Shown one piece after another: positions 62,727-64,000 of a stretch of 64,000 nt of DNA (its first letter is position 1; each line of letters starts with the position of its first letter). The DNA is from Trichosphaerium sp. ATCC 40318 (Eukaryota > Protista > Tubulinea). The notes under the pieces were generated by a model, which ran no database searches, was not told the origin of the DNA, and saw only the letters and a program-made list of their open reading frames with translations. The translations under genes were made by a program, and so were the position numbers. The stretch spans positions 1,118,366 through 1,182,365 of the forward strand of contig JALMLS010000322.1 in the NCBI GenBank assembly GCA_038496445.1, written 5' to 3'.

Positions 62727-64000
62727 TCACAAAACCTTTAGAGAGTTTTCGTTCGTTATAGGAAGAACGCTATACGTTTCATCAACAATCTTGGGCCGTG
62801 GTGAAGAAGTAGGTAGTGGAGAATAACTGGTGATGAACATTTCTTTGGTGATACCTTTCCTTGATGGGAGTGACGCGTATCCATCAATAGAACCAGCAGA
62901 AACCTTTGGTCCTGCCATTAACCCTGCAGCATCTGCCGGTAGATCAGCATATCCGCTGTAAACAGATTCGCTTCGTCCACGTGATGGTAGCGAAGAATAG
63001 TCTTCATCTAATCGGGCTCTACGTTCTTCATCTTCGTCTTCATCAATGCTTGCGAACATATCTGATATAGAAGGTCCAACTGGTAGACTCTGTGGGCGTT
63101 TTGGAAGTGATAGTTTTGGGCTTGGTGGTAAAGGGGTTTGAAGAGAGTTAACATTGGATGGCCCTGAACTGGGAGGTAGTTTGTGGATAAAGTTATTGTT
63201 ATTTTTTTTCTGTTGACGCTCTCTTGAAGCCTTTCGTCTATGTTTAGCAGAGTGACCTGATCCTGAACTCGCTCTTGCGCCTTTATTTATTCGATTTTTT
63301 TTGTTCATACCTTCAGGTCTCGATGGTCTAGTAACATCACAATTCATTAGACTCTATCCATTTTTTCTAAAAACATAATGGCGTAACATACCTTCTCTTT
63401 CTCGATCGCCCTGGCGTAGAAACTATAGCCACAGAAGCCCGTTTTGTGTTTGCCGGTAATCTACCATACTCACACCTAATGAACTTATTAGCTGTTTTGC
63501 TTTTGGTTATAAAGTGGCCAACGATCATGATCGTTACTTTCTTTTTTAATGGCCAAAAATTCACGTGCTTTAACTTATACTTGGGAATATCGTTATCGGA
63601 GTTACGGCGACCATTCCCTTGCATTCTGTTTTTAACATGTGATACTGGTGTTTTGGGTTTTATGCGATATAAACCGTGTTTTTGAAAGTAATTGCCGTTT
63701 TTTGCATTTGCTATTTTACTGACCCATGTTTCTTGTACTTCAGGTGTACCTATGGCATGTGTTAACATTCGGGTATAACATCATTAAAAAAAGAGACTGT
63801 CTGTACTGCATTGTTACATTATTGAAGGCAGTGTATTTATCTAAAAAGAATAGGAACTGTCTCTCTAAAGAAATGAATAAAGCACGTGCCTACGCCACAT
63901 AGGTATTGCTTTGCTGTGTTCTTACAAATGATATAAAACAAGCTCCTTCCTTTTGAGGCTGTTGCGCTCTGCACTCTATCAATACTACTCAAAGGAAGGC
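62727..64000 (-). CDS. 3' part of a spliced gene: probable PH-domain end followed by a Pro/Ser-rich disordered tail
   Basis: THAIGTPEVQETWVSKI resembles a PH C-terminal helix; long exons 63367-63768 and 62727-63347; 5' end outside window. Confidence 0.55.

Noticed and set aside
1-64000. Alternative genetic code or pervasive pseudogenisation suggested by fragmented ORFs
   Set aside because: In the genes I reassembled, stops fall within short GT/GC-AG introns and spliced frames are intact under the standard code

Overview
Gene-dense eukaryotic (protist-like) genomic DNA read with the standard genetic code. It holds about 28 protein-coding genes broken by many short (~40-70 nt) spliceosomal introns, so the ORF track fragments them; I reassembled genes by hand and exon boundaries are approximate. 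Recognisable genes: VWA protein, C2-PARP6/8-like, SPINDLY-type glycosyltransferase, CHD remodeller, spermidine synthase, PTEN-like-SH3, CDC73, PI synthase, RPAIN, RRM-RPAC2 fusion, Mdm35, PP2C, EMC5, ACAD8, a Sib/integrin-beta-like VWA receptor, PNKP, PIP kinase, an intronless F-box/LRR gene and a 3-hydroxyacyl-CoA dehydrogenase. The most interesting signal is a candidate eukaryotic fatty-acid-modification cluster at 46.7-56.1 kb. It contains an FAD oxidoreductase-CFA synthase fusion, a patatin TAG lipase, and a DUF1365 protein fused to a degenerate delta-9 desaturase domain, i.e. homologues of the three core families of the bacterial furan fatty acid pathway (UfaM/UfaD/UfaO). A 5.4-kb AT-rich, CpG-depleted repeat island (29.05-34.5 kb) contains two non-autonomous TIR elements sharing an internal core. 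GC-AG introns appear unusually frequent. No tRNA, rRNA or CRISPR was recognised.
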